Both the position numbers and the translations under genes were made by a program. From Hydrolagus affinis (taxonomy: Eukaryota): 64,000 nt of DNA. The notes beneath the pieces were generated by a model. The model saw nothing but the letters and a program-made list of their open reading frames with translations, was not told the origin of the DNA and did no database searches. Shown one piece after another: positions 26,060 through 39,371 of the stretch (positions within the stretch are counted from its first letter, which is position 1; every line of letters starts with the position of its first letter). The stretch is taken from assembly GCA_012026655.1 (NCBI GenBank), contig JAAILG010000655.1:1-64000 (forward strand), given 5' to 3'.

Positions 26060-26400
26060 CTCCACAATGATCAATCACAAGCAGTGTCTAAGGTGTCCTG
26101 AGATTCAAGGCCCAAATCAGCCCTGAATTGTCGCACCCAGATATGTCCAGGTAAGGCCGCCTCCAAGCAGGATCTGGTCTGGAGCGATGGTGCAGCTGAA
26201 CAGCAAGTCCAAGAGCCCACTGCCGAGGCATCTGGCAGACTGACATGCTGTGTCATTGCATTCATTGGAGCTGACACTGAGTCGTTTCATAACATGGTTG
26301 AAACAGCACATTCCAACAATCCGGTGCTGGGCCCCCCTGCGGAATGTCTGAAGAGAGTCTGCATCTCTGTTTGTCAGGGTCCATGTCTCTGAACTGTATA
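26060..26400 (-). mobile_element. RTE-clade-like LINE fragment (post-RT region)
   Basis: Encodes LYSSETWTLTNRDADSLQTFRRGAQHRIVG, resembling the LYGxETWTL...L..F...R.I.G motif of RTE elements. Confidence 0.65.
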
Positions 26401-26520
26401 GAATAATAATAATCCTTGCAGTGGTTATTGCACTTTTCACGTCTTCTACACGTCTCAAAGCACTTCGCAGAATATGCTGTAAAGTGAATTGACTGTATAT
26501 TTACGGGCGAAACACCAACA
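26401..26520 (-). mobile_element. SINE 3' fragment
   Basis: aataataataatccttgca...acgtctcaaagcacttcgcagaatat. Confidence 0.8.
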
Positions 26521-26536
26521 TCACGCATGGTGTAAA

Positions 26537-26850
26537 TACAACAACAACAATAACAACAAAATTACATTTATAGAGCGCCTTTCACGTTGGGAGGACATCC
26601 CAAGGTGCTGAACAGTCAAGTCGGGACCCGACCAGGGCGGGTAGGGGCAGGAGAGTAGGAGAGGGGGAACGTTAGGAGGGGAGTGGGAGACATGGTCGAA
26701 GAGGAAGGTCTTGAGACCGGCCTTGAAGGAGGAAAGGGAGGAAGCGAGGTGAAGGGATTGCAGGATGGAGTTTCAGAGTGTGGGGGCAGAGAGGCTGAAA
26801 GCCCGGCCACTGATGTAGGGCGGTTCGGGCGGAGGACATGGAGCAGGCCA
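26537..26850 (-). mobile_element. L2 3' end
   Basis: (CAA)n tail. Reverse complement is close to 25000-25249. Confidence 0.9.
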
Positions 26851-27064
26851 AATACAAAGCTTTGTGGCCAGGACAGACATTGCTCACTCCAAACACTGTC
26901 CTACAATGAGTTTCTGAGCTTAATCTCAGTCCAATTCTCCCCATGTCACAACCCCACAGAAACAATTGTCCCTTTTTCAGGATCACTTGCCACTATGCCT
27001 GGTCATTGGTGAAAAGAACAGCGTTTTTGTGAAACAACAACAACTATTCTCTTAATTCATCTAA

Positions 27065-27545
27065 ACAGCAACAAAATTACACTTGTATAGCGCCTTTCAA
27101 GTCAGAAGGATATCCCAAGGCACTGAACAATCATTGTTTCCAACCCAAGCTGCGGTCAGGGATGGGGTGGATGGTAGGAAAGGGGGGAATTTGGGGTGAG
27201 CGTTGGGACTGTCGAAGAGGAGGATCTTGACGTGGGATTTGAAGGAGGCCAGGGAGGGGTCTAGGTGGAGTGCCTAGGATGGAGATCCAGAGGTTGGGGG
27301 CAGCCTGGCTGAAGGCTCACCCACCAATGGGGATGGGGAGCCAATGGAGCTGGGCACAGGTGGGAATTATGTGGTCGCGGAGCTTGGTGCAGGAGAGCAC
27401 ACAAGCTGCAGAGGTCTGGATGATCTGCAACTTGTGAAGGAAAAGCCGGGAAGGCCAATGAGATGGGAGTTTCCATAGTCAAGCCTTGATGTGATGAATG
27501 TGTGGGTTGTATATGTACATAAGGGTTTCGGCAGCCTGAGTGCAG
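27065..27545 (-). mobile_element. L2 3' region with an internal deletion
   Basis: Encodes HTFITSRLDYGNSHLIGLP and carries the L2 tail. Confidence 0.85.
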
Positions 27546-27974
27546 TTGTTGTTGCATTACTGCAGACTTCTGGAAATCTATCCATACATGGTAGGCCTCA
27601 CCATTTAAAGAATTCCAGTGATCCTTTTCAATAAAGTAGATTATCTTTACAGTAATAACCATTTCAGGGATATTTCTGCCTCCTGGGCTAATTGCCTTGG
27701 TCTGTTTTAAGCTCATAAATTGTGAAAATGAGAAAACAGTAAGATTACTATTAATTAAGTTACTCAGATATAAGAAGGAGTTTTATTATTGCAAAAAATG
27801 ATTACAATTTGAATGAATGAAAATACAGACATCTTAATTTACTTGCCTGGACCATCGGAATCTACCCCCCAATATTTAAAACTATAATTTAATTTTTCAT
27901 TACCTAGTTTTATTCTATATTTATTTGTGGTTCTGATTCCCATAAAAAAAAGTTAAGAATGCTTTACCATTATT

Positions 27975-28505
27975 GTTTCTTCTATTTAGGAAGGATGTTA
28001 AGGCATTGGAAAGGGTGCAGAGGAGATTTACAACAACGGTACCAGGAATGAGGGACTTAAGATATGAGGATAGGTTAAAGAGGCTAGGATTATTTTCATG
28101 GGAGCAGAGAAGGTTACGAGAAGACCTAATAGAGGTTTTCAAAATCATGAGGGGATTCGTTAGGGTAAACAGGGAAACACTGTTTCCACTAGTGGGTGTG
28201 TCAGTGACTTGAGGTCACAGATTTAAAATAGTTTCTGAAAGAGCAGAGGGGAAGTGAGGAGAAATTTTTTCATGCAGCGAGTTGTTTCAATCTGGAATAC
28301 ATTGCCTGAAAGGGTGGTGGAGACTGATTCGATAACAACTTTTGAAAGAGAGGTAGATGGTTATTTGGGGAGGACGGGTTTGCGGGGTTATGGGGAGAGC
28401 GCCAGGCAGTGGGATTAACTTTGAATAGCTCTTTTCAAAGAACCGGCACAGACTCAATGAGCCTAATGGTCTCCTTTTGTGCTGTAAAATTCTATGATTC
28501 TATGA
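27975..28505 (+). mobile_element. CR1 LINE 3' end
   Basis: ORF 27973-28212 encodes KDVKALERVQRRFTTTVPGMRDLRYEDRLKRLGLFSWEQRRLREDLIEVFKIMRG. Tail is (attctatg)n. Confidence 0.95.
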
Positions 28506-30057
28506 TATCCTGGTCCTTACTCTCCCATGACAACCTCAGATTTTCAAGTTTGATGTGGACACATCATGTACATAATGGTGTTAACCTTGTTTTTATGCAC
28601 CAAATCTAGAAGTGGGCTGTTGAACAACTATACTGATTAGCTCCACCCAATATGTAACACTGTCCAGTGTTCATGCTTGAAGGGTTAATGGAGGTTGAAT
28701 ATTAAAATTTGAAATATGGGTTCATCATCAGACAAAGACTTGTGAGCCATGCATGTTATATTGGTGGTCAAGAAATATAATTCAGCCTTATAAAGAGGTT
28801 GTATTAGCTTAGATTTCAGTGGTTCTGACGCATGAACATACCACACAAGTCAAAAGGGACCTGTACCTTTAAGCTTTTCAGACTTCCATGGACTCATATT
28901 GAATTGCTTATGTCATTCCTTAGTAATGATCAAAAAGAAATAAGATATACTTCAGCACATGGCTGTTAGCATAGTTTAAATTACAGGTGGGATGTCATTA
29001 ATAATTGATTCTTTAACAGATTAATCTTTGGAAAGTGTAAAAAAGACATAGCAGAGTTAATGCTACTCTTCTAATTGAAGCAAGAAGCCAATTTCCATAA
29101 ATGTTACATTATTTAAATGCTTTATTTCAGACATAGCCTTGGGCTGCAATAAAAAGATTTTATACTCGGAAGTACCAAAGAAGCAAACAGCATATCAAAA
29201 CCACAGTGGGATACCTAGCTGAAAATATAATGGTTTTTACTTGAATGAATATAATTGTAAAAAAAACATTGATTATTAATTTACCGAAATTAAAGTCGAC
29301 TGCTGGTCCATTTCACTATTGATTGAATTTTATGGCCTATTGTCTATTTCATAAGATATGATTGTAATATGACCTTACACATGTTCGACAAAATTATTTT
29401 TGTACATATTAAATAATTTAGTGTGTTTGTTAATGTTCATGCATTCATTTGAGGATAAGCAACTTGAAAATCAACAGGGTTTATTCTCTTAGCTTGCGAA
29501 ATGATACTAATTGGTTGGCGTGGACAATGGGCAATTTTGCCCCGCGTGTAACATTTAAGATATTTTTCGCTGTCTGCTTGTAAATAACTAATAGAATTAT
29601 AAATTATATATAAAATTCCATTATGAATTTAAAACTAAATTAAACATACAAAATTGCATTATGGTTACTTAAGGGCACACAGTGTCACTAATCAACTAAA
29701 TATAGCAATTGGAGCAAAACACCCCAGACTCACATCAACGTATTTTTAGTACATTGAGTGAACCGAGCAAAATACCTCTCCTACTAATTAATCAAATGTT
29801 GATTTCAGAAACGATGATGATGAAATGACATATTCTGTTGTTTTACAGTCAGCTGACACAGTAAAAAGTAATAAGCTTAACACAGACTGGGCATTGAAGC
29901 TGTATTCTCCTATCCCTTCTCCCTCACTCGGTGTCCGATGCTGCCCTTGTACACTGTGTGAAAGCTGCTATATAAGTGAAAGTTGTTGTTTATTACTGGT
30001 TTGCTGAGAAAATCAGTGTGCTGTGCAGTCACGCATTCCAAGATTTTCTACTGTACG

Positions 30058-30180
30058 ATAATAATGTTTGTTACATTTGATATAGCACTTTTCACATTTT
30101 CTAGACTTCTCAAAGTGCTTCACAGAATATACAGTAAAGTGAATTGATTGTATATTTGTGTGCGAAACATGATGACAGAT
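30058..30180 (-). mobile_element. SINE 3' fragment
   Basis: tctcaaagtgcttcacagaatatacagtaaagtgaattg. Confidence 0.75.
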
Positions 30181-30739
30181 GTTATCACTTGCATTAATTT
30201 TAGCTTCCTCACAGAGGGAGATACCATAGTTAACGTCTGAAACAGACTGATCATGTCATATTTTTGAGTCTGAAAAGGCAGACTTACAGAAAGGTTGTTT
30301 GAATCATTTTGCTTCACAGTGAAATTGGGTTGATGAGAAGCAATTTGCTACTGAAATAATATGGTGCCCTAAAGTTTGCAGATTTATTCCTGAGTACCAG
30401 CCAGACAACTTTAAAACACATTGCAGTGGTACATATAACCTGATTATTATATGGTACAACTGTATACATTTTGCTTGGACATTATAGTAATTAATAATTT
30501 GCTTTTCTGCGCACTCAGATAAAAATGATGACAAATCGAATGCAGATGTGTATAAGTTAAACTGCAATGGGTAAGTCAGTCAGATTCGGGATCAAACTAA
30601 TTAGATTTAGTTGGGGGCTGTATATGTATCATTTAAAGCCCTAAAGCTAAACATTTACACCAGAAGTGCAGTATTTAAACAAAGAATACCCATAAAAGGT
30701 TCAAAAACCAAGTCAAGTGTATGATGTATGATGTTTATA

Positions 30740-31030
30740 TGAGGATCAAGAAACTCTAGCATTTGAAGCCAAATCTCAATGGATAGAACATCCCAACTGA
30801 ATCTGACTTCAGTTTTGATAAGGGATTTGAGATCTCCCTTGCAGCTCTTTGAACATTTCTTAGTTCTCTTCTAAAGAGTCTTATTCGCTTTAGTGATTAA
30901 ATATTTGTGTGTGTTTTTGAGTGCAGGAACAGCACAACTATATTCAATATATGGTATCCTGTCTGTGAACTACATGCTTTGAAGGTTGTCTATAAAAAAA
31001 ATACAATGTACATTAGCCTGTCTTTGAAGT
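30740..31030 (-). mobile_element. Highly decayed CR1 fragment
   Basis: cttgcagctctttgaac and aacagcacaactatattcaa resemble the minus-strand LERVQRR and LEYCVQFW regions. Confidence 0.45.
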
Positions 31031-31475
31031 ACAGGCTTTAAGTGTGTCCTTATTAATTATAGAGTGGTTTAACTCTACCACATTGAACAAACTTGTTTTA
31101 TCTTTCATGAGAGGGGGATAGTTTGAAAGATTACATCACAATTCATATGTTTCATAAAATGACAGCTACAAGCATTTAAAACTGCACTTCCATAGTGCCT
31201 CTTTCTAGTGTAGCAACTTTTTCTGTCCAAAACATGGATGTTAAAGGAACTTAAGTACTTTATGTAGTTCTACGAGTGTGTTGGTTATTTCAATGTCTCC
31301 ATGAGACAGTCAAAAAATGACACTTTACACATGGGTAAAGTAACACTCAAGAATTGGTAGCAGCATCTGGTAATCCAGAACTACAGTAGTTTGTAACAAT
31401 CAAATATTCTCTCTGTGCTATTTATAAATATATATATATATATTACAATTAACTCTTATTGTTTTCTTCTTTCTG

Positions 31476-31974
31476 CAACTAGGAAGGCTAATGGCATGTT
31501 GGAGGTTATTACAAAAGGGTTGGAGTGCACAAATAGGGAAGTCTTGCTGTACAGAATGTACTGTAAAGTGAATTGACTGTATATTTGTAGGCGAAATGCG
31601 GCAGCCAATTGCACACAGCAGTGTCCCACAAACAGTCGTGGTTTGAAATGACCAATTTTATTGTTGTGTTTTTATTAAGGGATTATTATTAGGCGTGTGG
31701 AGTAAGGAAGCTTGCCCAAGGTTTCGCCCTGACCTGCCTGGATTCAAACACAGGTCTCATGCTTGTAAGGCGAGGGCTCTAACCACTGAGCTACAGGAGC
31801 TCCAGGAGCTCCAGGAGATTCTTAAGGGGATTGACAGAATAGACAGTGTGAGACTGTTTCCCCTGGTTGGAGAATCTAAAACTAGGGGTCATAATCTTAA
31901 GATTATGGGTCAGCTTTTTGAACAGAGTTGAGGAAACATTTCTTCACTCAGTGGTTAGTGAATTTGTAGAATTC
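31476..31974 (+). mobile_element. CR1 fragment interrupted by a minus-strand SINE (about 31550-31800)
   Basis: KANGML region at 31483-31550, EILKGIDRID...TRGHNLKI at 31813-31905, and SINE body and head in between. Confidence 0.85.
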
Positions 31975-32320
31975 CAGAGATTGGGGGCAGAGTGGCTGAA
32001 GGCTTGCCCGCCAATGGTGGGCAGGTGGGTCGGGGACATGGAGTAGGCTGGAGCCTGCTGAGTGGAGGGTGCAGGCAGGTTGGTAGGGCGTTAGGAGGTC
32101 GCAGAGGTAGGGCGAAGCGAGATAGAACATCAGAACGTAAGAAATACGAGCAGGAGTAGGCCATTCGGCCACTTGAGCCTTTTAATAAGATCATGGCTGA
32201 TCTTCTAACCTAATTCCATCTGCCCATCCTAACCTCATATCCCTTAATCGCTCTATCCTTTCATCAATCTCAGTCTTGAATGTGTTCAAGGACTGAGTAT
32301 CCACAGCCTTCTGGGGTAGA
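31975..32320 (-). other. Inverted segment (CR1 3' end plus L2 piece) bounded by a perfect 54-bp inverted duplication
   Basis: 31921-31974 is the exact reverse complement of 32321-32374. Confidence 0.9.
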
Positions 32321-32374
32321 GAATTCTACAAATTCACTAACCACTGAGTGAAGAAATGTTTCCTCAACTCTGTT

Positions 32375-32590
32375 GACTCCCTCCATCTCATCCCCCTTCC
32401 TGGTCTGCTTCAAGTCCTACCTCAAGACCCTCCTCTTTGACGGTTGTGGTGGTCACCCAAAATCCCCCCTTTCCCTCCAACCTCCCCATTCCTGACCCCA
32501 CCTTGGGTCTGAAACAATGACTGTCCAGTGCCTTGGGACATCCTCCTGATCTAAGAGGCACAATACAAGTGTTATTTTGTTTTTGTTGTT
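32375..32590 (+). mobile_element. L2 3' end, continuing the inverted piece at 31975-32120
   Basis: ttcaagtcctacctcaagaccctcctctttgac...ccagtgccttgggacatcctcc and a TTG-rich tail. Confidence 0.85.
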
Positions 32591-32627
32591 GTATCTGTTT
32601 CAATTTACTTTTTAAAATATTGACTAT

Positions 32628-32800
32628 TTTGGTGACTATAGTGACAGCTAGAGATTGTTTTGGTGACCAGTGATTAAGTCAGTGATTAGTAATTGTATTG
32701 GTGATTACTGATTATAAGTAGTGATTCTTTTATTGGTGATTAGTAATTGTTGTATTGGTGACCAGTAATTGTATTGGTGATATTGATTGTATTGGTGATA
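32628..32800. repeat. Degenerate minisatellite
   Basis: Repeated (agtaattgta)ttggtga units of variable length. Confidence 0.75.
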
Positions 32801-33115
32801 GACTATATTGCCATAGCAGCTGGCTGAGAAGAATCTTTGAGTTCATAGAGTGAGTGATTTTTATTTTAAACAATTACTTATCATAATATTCCTCTGCAGG
32901 AATGGATGGAATATTGGTTTAATGTCTCATTTGAAAGATGGCAGCTTGAAAATGCATGATAACACATCAGCAAATGTCTTAGAACAATCAAAATCAATGG
33001 CACAGAAGAACGCCATTTGGCCCATTGTGATTGTGCCCGCTCACTGAAGAGCAATCGTTTTAGTCCCATTTACCTGCCCAATTGGAGGGGTTCAAAGAGG
33101 GAATGGCGGGTACAC

Positions 33116-33521
33116 ATCAGGCATTGGCAGCATCAACCTCCATGAACTCTGCAGTGGGTGTCCTCTCCCACACCAAGCTCCATGACCCCATCTCCCCCAT
33201 TCTCACCCAACTCCATTGGCTCCTCATCACCCATAGGATTCAATTTAAGATCCTGGTCCTCAACTTTAAAGCCCTCATGGCCTTACCCCCACTCTACCCC
33301 TTTGATCTCCTAACCCCCTACCAACCTGCCCACTCCCTCCACTCAGTGGACTTCGGCCTGCTCCATGTCCCAGACCCACCCGCCCCATTATTGGTCAATC
33401 CCCTCCCCTCCTTTCCTTTCACTCTGTCCAAAGCCAACTGTAGCTCTGGTCTGAAATGCTGACTGTCCAGTGCCTTAGGACATCCAAGGAGCTATACAAA
33501 TGTAATTTGGTTATTGTTGTT
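33116..33521 (+). mobile_element. L2 3' region
   Basis: Encodes HDPISPILTQLHWLLITHRIQFKILVLNFKAL. Confidence 0.85.
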
Positions 33522-35994
33522 AAATAGATGGCCTCTAGATACTAACACAACAAACAAAAACAACAAAAATACATTTTCACATCAAGGGGACTCACCAACC
33601 AGTGAAAATATTTTCTTCCTATTAACTCTATCAAAATTTCTTATTATTTTAAAAACCTCCATCAATCTTCTTTGTTAAGGCAAATAAAAGTGTATTATAA
33701 GTGCCTAAGTTAGACTTTGTTGCCTTCTATGTCTGGAGTGTACATAGTGTTAAATTGCTTATACCATTGTTTTTATTTTAATGAAATTATGCGGAAGTTT
33801 GCTCTGGATATTTCTGGCTGTACTTGTCCACCTGTTTGGTCAGTGTTGTCGAATAATGGCTAATGCATCCAACCAAAACAAGTCTGAGAAAGTGGGGAAC
33901 TCTTACATTGTTTTGGTCAACTTTTGTTAATCCTTATTTGCCACCAAGGTCCTAGAGACATATCAACCTCCTAGAGGTTGATTGTGGCTGAGTAAATTCC
34001 ACACCAGATGAATGTTGAGAGGAGTAAGTGCAGACTTGCCATATGAAGAATGGATTGAAGCATCCCATTTATCCTGAAGTATCAGTTGAGGTCTAGTGGA
34101 ATTGGATAAATCTGCCGTGAAGTCAGTGCCAGTTTGTGTCAGCTTGCTATCCCTCCTTGAATAAAGGATAGCAATTTGACAACACTAGCTAGAAACATGC
34201 ATGATTGTGGCTGTGTTTATTATTGTACATAGAAATATTTTACAAGGTCATAATCATCCATCTGCTATTTTCACTTGCGAAGACGTCTGATGAAGGGAAT
34301 GGGCAAGTTATCACTTTATGCTAAGTACAGTATGGAATCTTTTAATTGATGGATATTATGGATGGTGCACACATTAAGTAAACAGATGTTGCATGCATGA
34401 ATGTAATTTACCAAAAGTGATTGCTTTGTACAGCACTATTGAAAGCCAGTAAATATGTATTCTTATATAATGCTTTATTCTGCACCTAGTTGACCAATAC
34501 TTTTATTTATTTATGCACTTAGCACAATATCAGTTCTTGCACATTTGGCCCACATTTGTTTCTGTACATTTTGCATCAAGTTTTCATACTGAGATTTCTC
34601 ACTTTCCTAAAGATATTCTGGAAAATGCATATAATAATATAATAATAATCCCTGCATTTAATATAGCGCCTTATCATGTCTTCGAGATGCCTCAAAGAGT
34701 AACTATTATTTATCTAACTATTAATTATATAAACTTATGCATTTGTTTCCTTATAAGCTCTGCAAAACCCCTAGGTAAATTGTGCTTGTTATTATAAAAT
34801 TAGCAATGTGGCATTCTGCTGCTGTGGTTGCTGAAGCTAAGGATGACAGTACAGTATTTCTCTGCTTCTGATGCCCAACATTGCTGTTGACATGAACTGA
34901 ATTTATTTGACTTATGTTCATAATTCACTTGGCTATTTTTAGGGATTTTGATAACATGGGAGTTTTTGCACCCTCAGGAAGCAATAACTGTCTTTTCAGC
35001 GCGAAAAGATAGTGGAGGTTGCATTTAAATTAATGCTGCGGAAAGCACTATGAAAGCACCTAAGACATCAAACCCATGTATGTACTGTATTTACTCTGTG
35101 TAACTACTTGAGTTGTGCTTTGTAATATGTTTGGAGCAACACAGTGAATTGGTCTGTCACCCAATACTGTATATACAGTTATCTCCCAGTATATACAGTG
35201 TTCAGAAAAGAAGCAACAGAAGTTGTGCATTTTAATCAACCTTGTATATTTTATGTGTTAGCATTCTAAGAGGGATACCTTTAAATGTAGTCTTTGGACT
35301 TTGTAAAATTTGCACTTGAAATCCACTGGTCAGTAAAATTATTAGCCTTGCTAGCGTGAGTTTATACTGGGGACATGTGTAACCTGTACCTTTCATTAAA
35401 ATGTGGATAGCAGGTCAGTCTGATGATGCATTACATGATTCTACTCCATAATTTCAATGTTTCCGCAGTCATGTTATAAATCTTGTATTTTTTAATTTAG
35501 ATAATAGGACGTAAAATGATATGTTTTAACGCAATTTTGAGTTGCACTGGGGGATTCCTATGACATGTTGACCCACGAAAACTGTACTCCTGAAGTGGAT
35601 TATGTTAGAGAAAAGTACTCACAGGTTTGTGTGAGGTACATACAGTTACCACAATAGTCCCTATTTGTTGCTCAGAGTCCTTACAATGGAAACTTGTTAC
35701 ATATTATCAAGCTATTTTCAGCTGTTAATCAAGTTTTGATTTCTGCTGTGTAATCTATTTTTGTTACTATTTAGAGATCTCAGTAGAGATCATCTGATTA
35801 GATACTGAACTCAAACATGGCTTCCTTGTATGACCTATTTCTTATTATTATCAGTCCTACAATTGCTTTTCATGTACTCCAAACTATGCCGAATATCTTT
35901 CAAAGTGATACAAGTGAAGACAAAACATTCCTCAATGTGGTCATTTTGCTCTACCTGCTTCTATATTAAACAGATGTTAGTGTCTCTTCCCCAA

Positions 35995-36082
35995 CCCAGG
36001 TAGCAAGCGCATATGGGCCCCATATGGGACAAATTGGGTTGATCCATGCCCATATGGGCCCCACATGGGCTTGCTACCTGGG
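35995..36082. mobile_element. 88-bp palindromic MITE
   Basis: 34-bp TIRs cccaggtagcaagcgcatatgggccccatatggg and cccatatgggccccacatgggcttgctacctggg (3 mismatches), with AA on both flanks. Confidence 0.8.
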
Positions 36083-37171
36083 AAGTAACAGGAATTGTAA
36101 TTTCAATACAGTGGGAATGGAAGGGAAAAGGTGTTTGAAATTTAGGCATAAGATTAGATGAATGCTTGAAAGAGTAGTGAATGGTCATAAAAATAAAGAC
36201 AAATATTTTGATTGAGAGAAAAGTTGAAGATTGAAAGTGTAAGCAGAATATTTTGGATGACAACCCTTCCCTTATATGCTCTTCTGAATTAAAATTCAGT
36301 CTTAATTTTGAAGCTACATTGCTACAGTTCTTAAATCCAATACAGTACCAATTTATATTGATAAATTGCCTTTCACATTGGGAGGACATCCCAAAGTGCT
36401 TGAAAATTAAGAGGTGAGTTAAACTGATACAGCACAAACTATCTCTGAAATGGTACAATGTATGGGGTGGCAGGTTCCAGTGTGCCATGGGCCAGTTCAG
36501 TAGCTTCATCAAACAGCTTTGGGCCCAACTGTTTTCACAAAGTCTCAAGATGTTGCTACACATCCAGTTATCAACTGCGACAACCAGTAGCGCAATATCC
36601 GCCCAAGTGATCACTGGTAATTATGATATTAAATGCTATATTTTTCATCCCATTTTCCAGTCAATCATTCAGCATGTGTTTTCTGACAGTAAAGGAACTT
36701 TTTCCTATGAAGTAATTTGGTTAATAAACAGGACAATCTTATTTTTCTTAATTCCCCCGACAAGAGGCACGGAGAGTGCTTTCAGTTATTCTTGTACTTT
36801 GAAGTCGAAGAATAATGGCCTGCTCAGCACTGTCTGTTAGCTAAGGATATCTCAAAGCGCTTCACAGATTATACTGTAAATTGAATTGATTGTATACTTG
36901 TGGGAAAAACGCACAGCAGTATTGAAGAACAGTAATGGAAGATTAAAATAATTGCATACAAAGTATTTTTTTGTCTTCCTAGTGACACAACGACAAGTTT
37001 GACACATTTTTGAAAGAATTAACCACCTGTGTAGTTTTGGAGTATACTTTACACAAAGGCACTAATATTGGACAGTTTTCAGCCTGCATTAGCGAAATGT
37101 GTTGCATTTACTGTAAGGGATGGGGATTTCAGAATTTTTTTAAGATTGTGGCCAATGCATTTCCAATATTG

Positions 37172-37280
37172 TAATAATAGTAATAATTCTTGCATTTATT
37201 TATGGAGCATAATTATGAGCTGAGACAGCTCAAAGCGCTTCACAGAATATATTGTAAAGTGAATTGACTGTATTTTTTGG
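37172..37280 (-). mobile_element. SINE 3' fragment (a similar piece lies at 36845-36920)
   Basis: ctcaaagcgcttcacagaatatattgtaaagtgaattgactg. Confidence 0.75.
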
Positions 37281-38597
37281 TAAAAATATTCTTCACCATC
37301 AGCAATAGCTGGCTTTCTGGCTTTGAAAGCAGTTTGCATTTTTCATTTTAATTACTGTTAATAAGGTAAAGGAACACAAGCTCTTGTCCTGACTACATAC
37401 ACTTTAGAGTAAATGATATGATTACTATGATTGGATCAAAATCATCCCAAACTGAATTAGAACTTGACATTCAAGTATGCCTCTCCATTTAGTGAAATGT
37501 AGGGACTGTCTGAAGGGTGGAGAAGTCATTAGATGGAGGACACATTAAGCCTAGAAGGGAGCCTTTAATCATTCACTTTGGGAGAAATTGACACACACTT
37601 CTGATTTAGACTGCACTTGGTTGAGGCTGTTCACAGCATATGCAAGCATTTTGCAGTCTCAAGTACTTGACCTAGCCATTATTAGAGACCCTACAAAGAA
37701 ATTGCTGCTTTTAAGCAGTATTAAAACCATGGATAGCTGTAGGGGAAATGCACTGTAATTCCCAGGCAGGCATCTTTTAGGTGACCCTGTTCTCAAGAGG
37801 CCAATCATAAGTGGCTGAACAGTTACGATTGTACCAGTTGAAACAGAAATAGTATTGAAGCCATGGTAAGGTTTTCATTCATACACAGATTCAGATCAGT
37901 CAAAAAGCATATTTCTTTTATTGCTTTGTTTCATACACTTGTATTTTTATTATTATTGTCCCTGAGGATGACCTTTCTAGGAATTTCTGATTTTTTTGAA
38001 AAAAATATATTGAATTTGGATTTAGCAAAATCCCACAGGGTTATGCCTCTGTTCCTTAATGATTAATGTAAAACCTCACTCTGCTTGGCATGGCATTTTT
38101 TAAGAGCATAATTTAGTCTCAGTATATGGCTTGGCAAACATTGACATTTCCAGTAGGAAATAGAGTTTTAGATTTTCAGAAATGCATGCTATTGCCTGGG
38201 GAAATAGCCTCACAAAATACACCTTGAAATGAAAAATGTATCTTCTTTGATAACAGTGGCTCAGGTATCCACAAACAAAGTGTTTGTGTTAGAGAACGTA
38301 ATGAGTGAGTATCATGAATTCAAACTGTCAAGAAACACACATTATTTAAGTAAAACAGAAGATAAATCAGAGGAAAATTGCTTGCCTGTAATTAACTAAA
38401 TGAATTCAAAGTCAAGTCATCTTTGAAGTCTTTATTGCTCCAACTGTCTTTGAGGAAAGAAAAAAATTCTGACAACCTTTTTTTTCTCCAAGTGACAGCA
38501 AGAAGCTCTGTAATTTGGCATCAGCAGAATACGCTTCATTATATTCTCATCTGTAGATTGCACTGTTAATTAATGCAAATTAAACTTCTCAAAAACA

Positions 38598-38618
38598 GTG
38601 TGTGTGTGTGTGTGTGTG
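38598..38618. repeat. (GT)n microsatellite
   Basis: Directly visible, about 10 units. Confidence 0.95.
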
Positions 38619-39371
38619 AAATCCTATGTGTTAATTCAAGGACTTTGTCTGAAGTCTGCCGTGTTTTGAAAGCTCTCTTGAAAACATGAAGGTGAATACA
38701 ATTAAAGGTGGCCACTCATAGACAACATGGCGTAGGTTTGTATCACAGCCCGTCACAACACATTCTATCAAATACCTTACGAGGACAGCCTGTCAGAGCA
38801 GAGAAACCTAACTCCTAACAAAAAAATCTTCTTGATGGTGGTTTCTGAATTTATCACTGAAGGTCACCTGCCAACTTAAACTGAATCCCATGAGCTTTCA
38901 GCCTGGCCACTGGAGAGTGTTATACAATGACAGAAATCTCTGTCAAGAGAGAGGGAGAGCGAAAGAGAAAACTTATTTGCTCAGCTTGTGCAAGTTCACC
39001 TCCTGTCTATCAATCTTAGAGCAATGAAGTGAAAATGTGATTTCTCACAGCAGATTTAATATTATTGAATGTGTTTATAGAATCTATTAAGAAACATTTC
39101 CTGTTTCCATCTATTCTTAAAGACTGTGAGCATGAAAGACAACCATAGTGCTTCAATCTAAAACAGATTTTGACATTTCTGCATCCCCATCTTAATTATT
39201 TATTTGCAGCAATGATTCTCGTTCCCAATCCTATAAATTGTGTTTTTAGTGCTAAGTCATATGACACTGATTGAATTAAACCACAACTTGGGAGTGAATA
39301 TCCTCTACTCGCATTCATGGACTTTAGCGCAATTACTGTGTATGAACACTGTAGCATTGACAAGAGTGTAT

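Noticed and set aside
29519-29735. Possible MITE with weak TIRs (gggcaattttgcccc and ggagcaaaacacccc)
   Set aside because: The arms are too degenerate and no TSD is identifiable.
35961-36614. Longest ORF in the window (217 aa, minus)
   Set aside because: It runs through a MITE and an L2 tail, has the composition of translated non-coding DNA, and shows no domain.
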